Sequence record: SRR31156797_4072
Direction: 5' to 3' (one strand)
DNA length: 20,000 nt
Positions 17,797 through 20,000 of this stretch are shown piece by piece. The notes below the pieces were generated by a model that was not told the origin of the DNA, made no database searches, and saw only the letters and a list, made by a program, of their open reading frames with translations. Both the position numbers and the translations under genes were made by a program. Position 1 is the first letter of the stretch. Each line of letters starts with the position of its first letter.

Positions 17797-18047
17797 TTTA
17801 TAATCTTCATTTATTTATTTCGACGGGTAATAATAGTTTTTTTTATTAAAAAGCAATAATTTATTTATTAAAAATTATACACCTATTAGGTCAATCGCCT
17901 GAGCTCCAAAGCTATGTTATAAGTATTACTTTTTGACTAGTTCTAAAGCTATTCTGTGTTCCGTCTTAGAATATCTAAAATTGATTATATAACTCTTATG
18001 AGCCTAATTACACATACGCTTTAAGAACTTGTAATTCCCTTATATTA

Positions 18048-18079
18048 ATTGACATAAACTGGCTTTCGTCGTAACTTTG
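18048..18079 (+). promoter_or_regulatory. Bacteroidota sigma-A type promoter
   Basis: ATTG (18048-18051), 20-nt spacer, TAACTTTG (18072-18079). Confidence 0.7.
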
Positions 18080-18125
18080 CTTAGTATGTTAAGTTTAATT
18101 TTGGGAATGAATAATTGGAGGAATT

Positions 18126-18566
18126 ATGATGAAAAGGGAAGAAATTATCCGGTTTGCCAATGACAACCCCATTTGTTATATGGCAACAGTAGAAAATGAA
18201 AAGCCTCATGTAAGAATTATGAAGCTTTGGTTTGCAGATCGCTCTGGTTTTTATTTTGAAACACTATCTCCTAAGAGGCTAAGTATGCAAATTCATGTCA
18301 ATCCTCAGGTTGAAATATGCTTTTACAACAACCCTGTAGATCTTACCCAAGGACGAGAAATGCGCATTGCCGGTGAAATAGAATTTGTTAAGGATGCCAA
18401 TATCCTTCAAAAGGCAAAAAGAGAACGTCGCTTCTTAGAAGATTTAGGTGGACAAACTGTTGAACCTTATATTGAAGTTTTTAAACTAGCTCATGGAGAA
18501 GCCAATTTCTGGAATTTAAAAACTGATATTCTTAAAGAAAGCATAGAAAACCATATGGCATTCTAA
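18126..18566 (+). CDS. Pyridoxamine 5'-phosphate oxidase-like FMN-binding split-barrel protein
   Basis: CYMATVENEKPHVRIM, GFYFET, QIHVNPQVEICFY, MRIAGEIEFV. Confidence 0.85.
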   Translation: MMKREEIIRFANDNPICYMATVENEKPHVRIMKLWFADRSGFYFETLSPKRLSMQIHVNPQVEICFYNNPVDLTQGREMRIAGEIEFVKDANILQKAKRERRFLEDLGGQTVEPYIEVFKLAHGEANFWNLKTDILKESIENHMAF

Positions 18567-18590
18567 CAATCATTTTTAATGAGATAAATT

Positions 18591-18623
18591 AAAGGGCTAT
18601 AATTCAAAATATAGCCTTTTATT
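18591..18623. terminator. Probable bidirectional terminator
   Basis: AAAGGGCTATA (18591-18601)/TATAGCCTTTT (18610-18620) between convergent genes. Confidence 0.75.
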
Positions 18624-18642
18624 TTAGTAAACCACACAATAA

Positions 18643-19104
18643 TTATAACAACTCCTCAATTTCATAATCCTTTTGCTGAAAAGTAAAGCTATCTCCCTTT
18701 GATTTGCCTTTTAATTGTTGACCTATGGGTGAAGCCAGAGAAATCGTGTAAAATGGTACATCCTCAACATAAATATTCCCAATAGCTATGGCCACAAAAT
18801 AATTGCCTTGATTGGTGCTCACAACTGATCCAAACCCAATTTCTGTAGTTTGATTTTGTGGATTAATCTGGGATAATTGGTTTAAGAGTTTTTTGATATT
18901 ATTGATTTGCGTTTCGTTTTTGGCTATTTCAATATCCATCATCGCCCTGCCTGTTTCATACTTATCCCCGGCACTGCTCTTGGTATCATTATCGCGCGAC
19001 TCTTTTGCCGCAATTATCGACTGTTGAAGCTCTTCAATTTTATTTAAAAGAGTCTGTTGAATTGCTTCAAGCAATTGTTGTTTTATATTTATCGGGTGAC
19101 GCAT
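18643..19104 (-). CDS. GreA/GreB-like protein
   Basis: Coiled-coil hairpin with tip DTKSSAGDKYETGRAM; C-terminal IGFGSVV and ISLASPIGQQLKGKSKGD as in the Gre C-domain. Confidence 0.82.
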   Translation of the reverse strand: MRHPINIKQQLLEAIQQTLLNKIEELQQSIIAAKESRDNDTKSSAGDKYETGRAMMDIEIAKNETQINNIKKLLNQLSQINPQNQTTEIGFGSVVSTNQGNYFVAIAIGNIYVEDVPFYTISLASPIGQQLKGKSKGDSFTFQQKDYEIEELL

Positions 19105-19125
19105 GAATTATTTGCTTTTGTTGCA

Positions 19126-19133
19126 CAAAAATA
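19126..19133 (-). promoter_or_regulatory. -7 promoter box for the Gre-like gene
   Basis: TATTTTTG matches TAnnTTTG, 21 nt upstream of the ATG. Confidence 0.55.
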
Positions 19134-19453
19134 ACTATCTAAATTAGATGTTCTTCAGAACTTAATAAAATAGATTTAATATAGTTTTACAAAGATGTGA
19201 TAATACGAGATTGTAATTTATTTTTCTTTCTAATCATAAATCAATATAACTTTAGTATTTATGTCAATACAAAAAAAAGAGACGTATACCTTTATAATTC
19301 TGTTAAAAATTTAAACTACTGATTCATATTTTTTCTTCTAGGACTAAAGGATTTGTGGCTTATTTTTTGTTATTTTGCGCTCTCTTTTTACGAATAATAC
19401 AAGTCGTTCATTACTCTTATAAACAGTGATGTTTATTATTAAATGAATGATGA

Positions 19454-20000
<547 letters not shown>

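Noticed and set aside
17901-17990. Degenerate direct repeat AG.TC.AAAGCTAT at about 17902 and 17939 (37-nt period), considered as a mini CRISPR or iteron array
   Set aside because: Only two short imperfect copies, a third is unconvincing, and there are no cas or rep genes.
19352-19377. Promoter for proS
   Set aside because: Two TTTG-ending candidates, but neither matches TAnnTTTG exactly nor has proper -33 spacing, so not called.

Overview
AT-rich bacterial chromosomal DNA that looks like Bacteroidota (TAnnTTTG -7 promoter boxes, A-rich start regions without Shine-Dalgarno, signal peptides followed by Gln, Bacteroidota-type proS); finer taxonomy cannot be fixed from sequence alone. Left to right: uxaC plus a LacI regulator; a convergent operon of three secreted exo-glycosidases (GH31, GH3, GH42) matching the set needed to dismantle xyloglucan oligosaccharides; a 642-aa DUF4914-like protein that keeps the full PEP carboxykinase catalytic residue set, behind a long structured leader and downstream of an XRE-cupin regulator; an orphan PAS histidine kinase; an unannotated 50-aa basic microprotein gene with its own promoter and terminator; an mlaEFD-like MCE operon; a membrane TPR-like protein; a PNPOx-like flavoprotein; a GreA/B-like factor; and the 5' part of proS. 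No CRISPR array, tRNA, rRNA or transposase seen. The best candidate for an undescribed system is the XRE-cupin + PEPCK-like DUF4914 module. All family calls are from motif recognition, not database searches.
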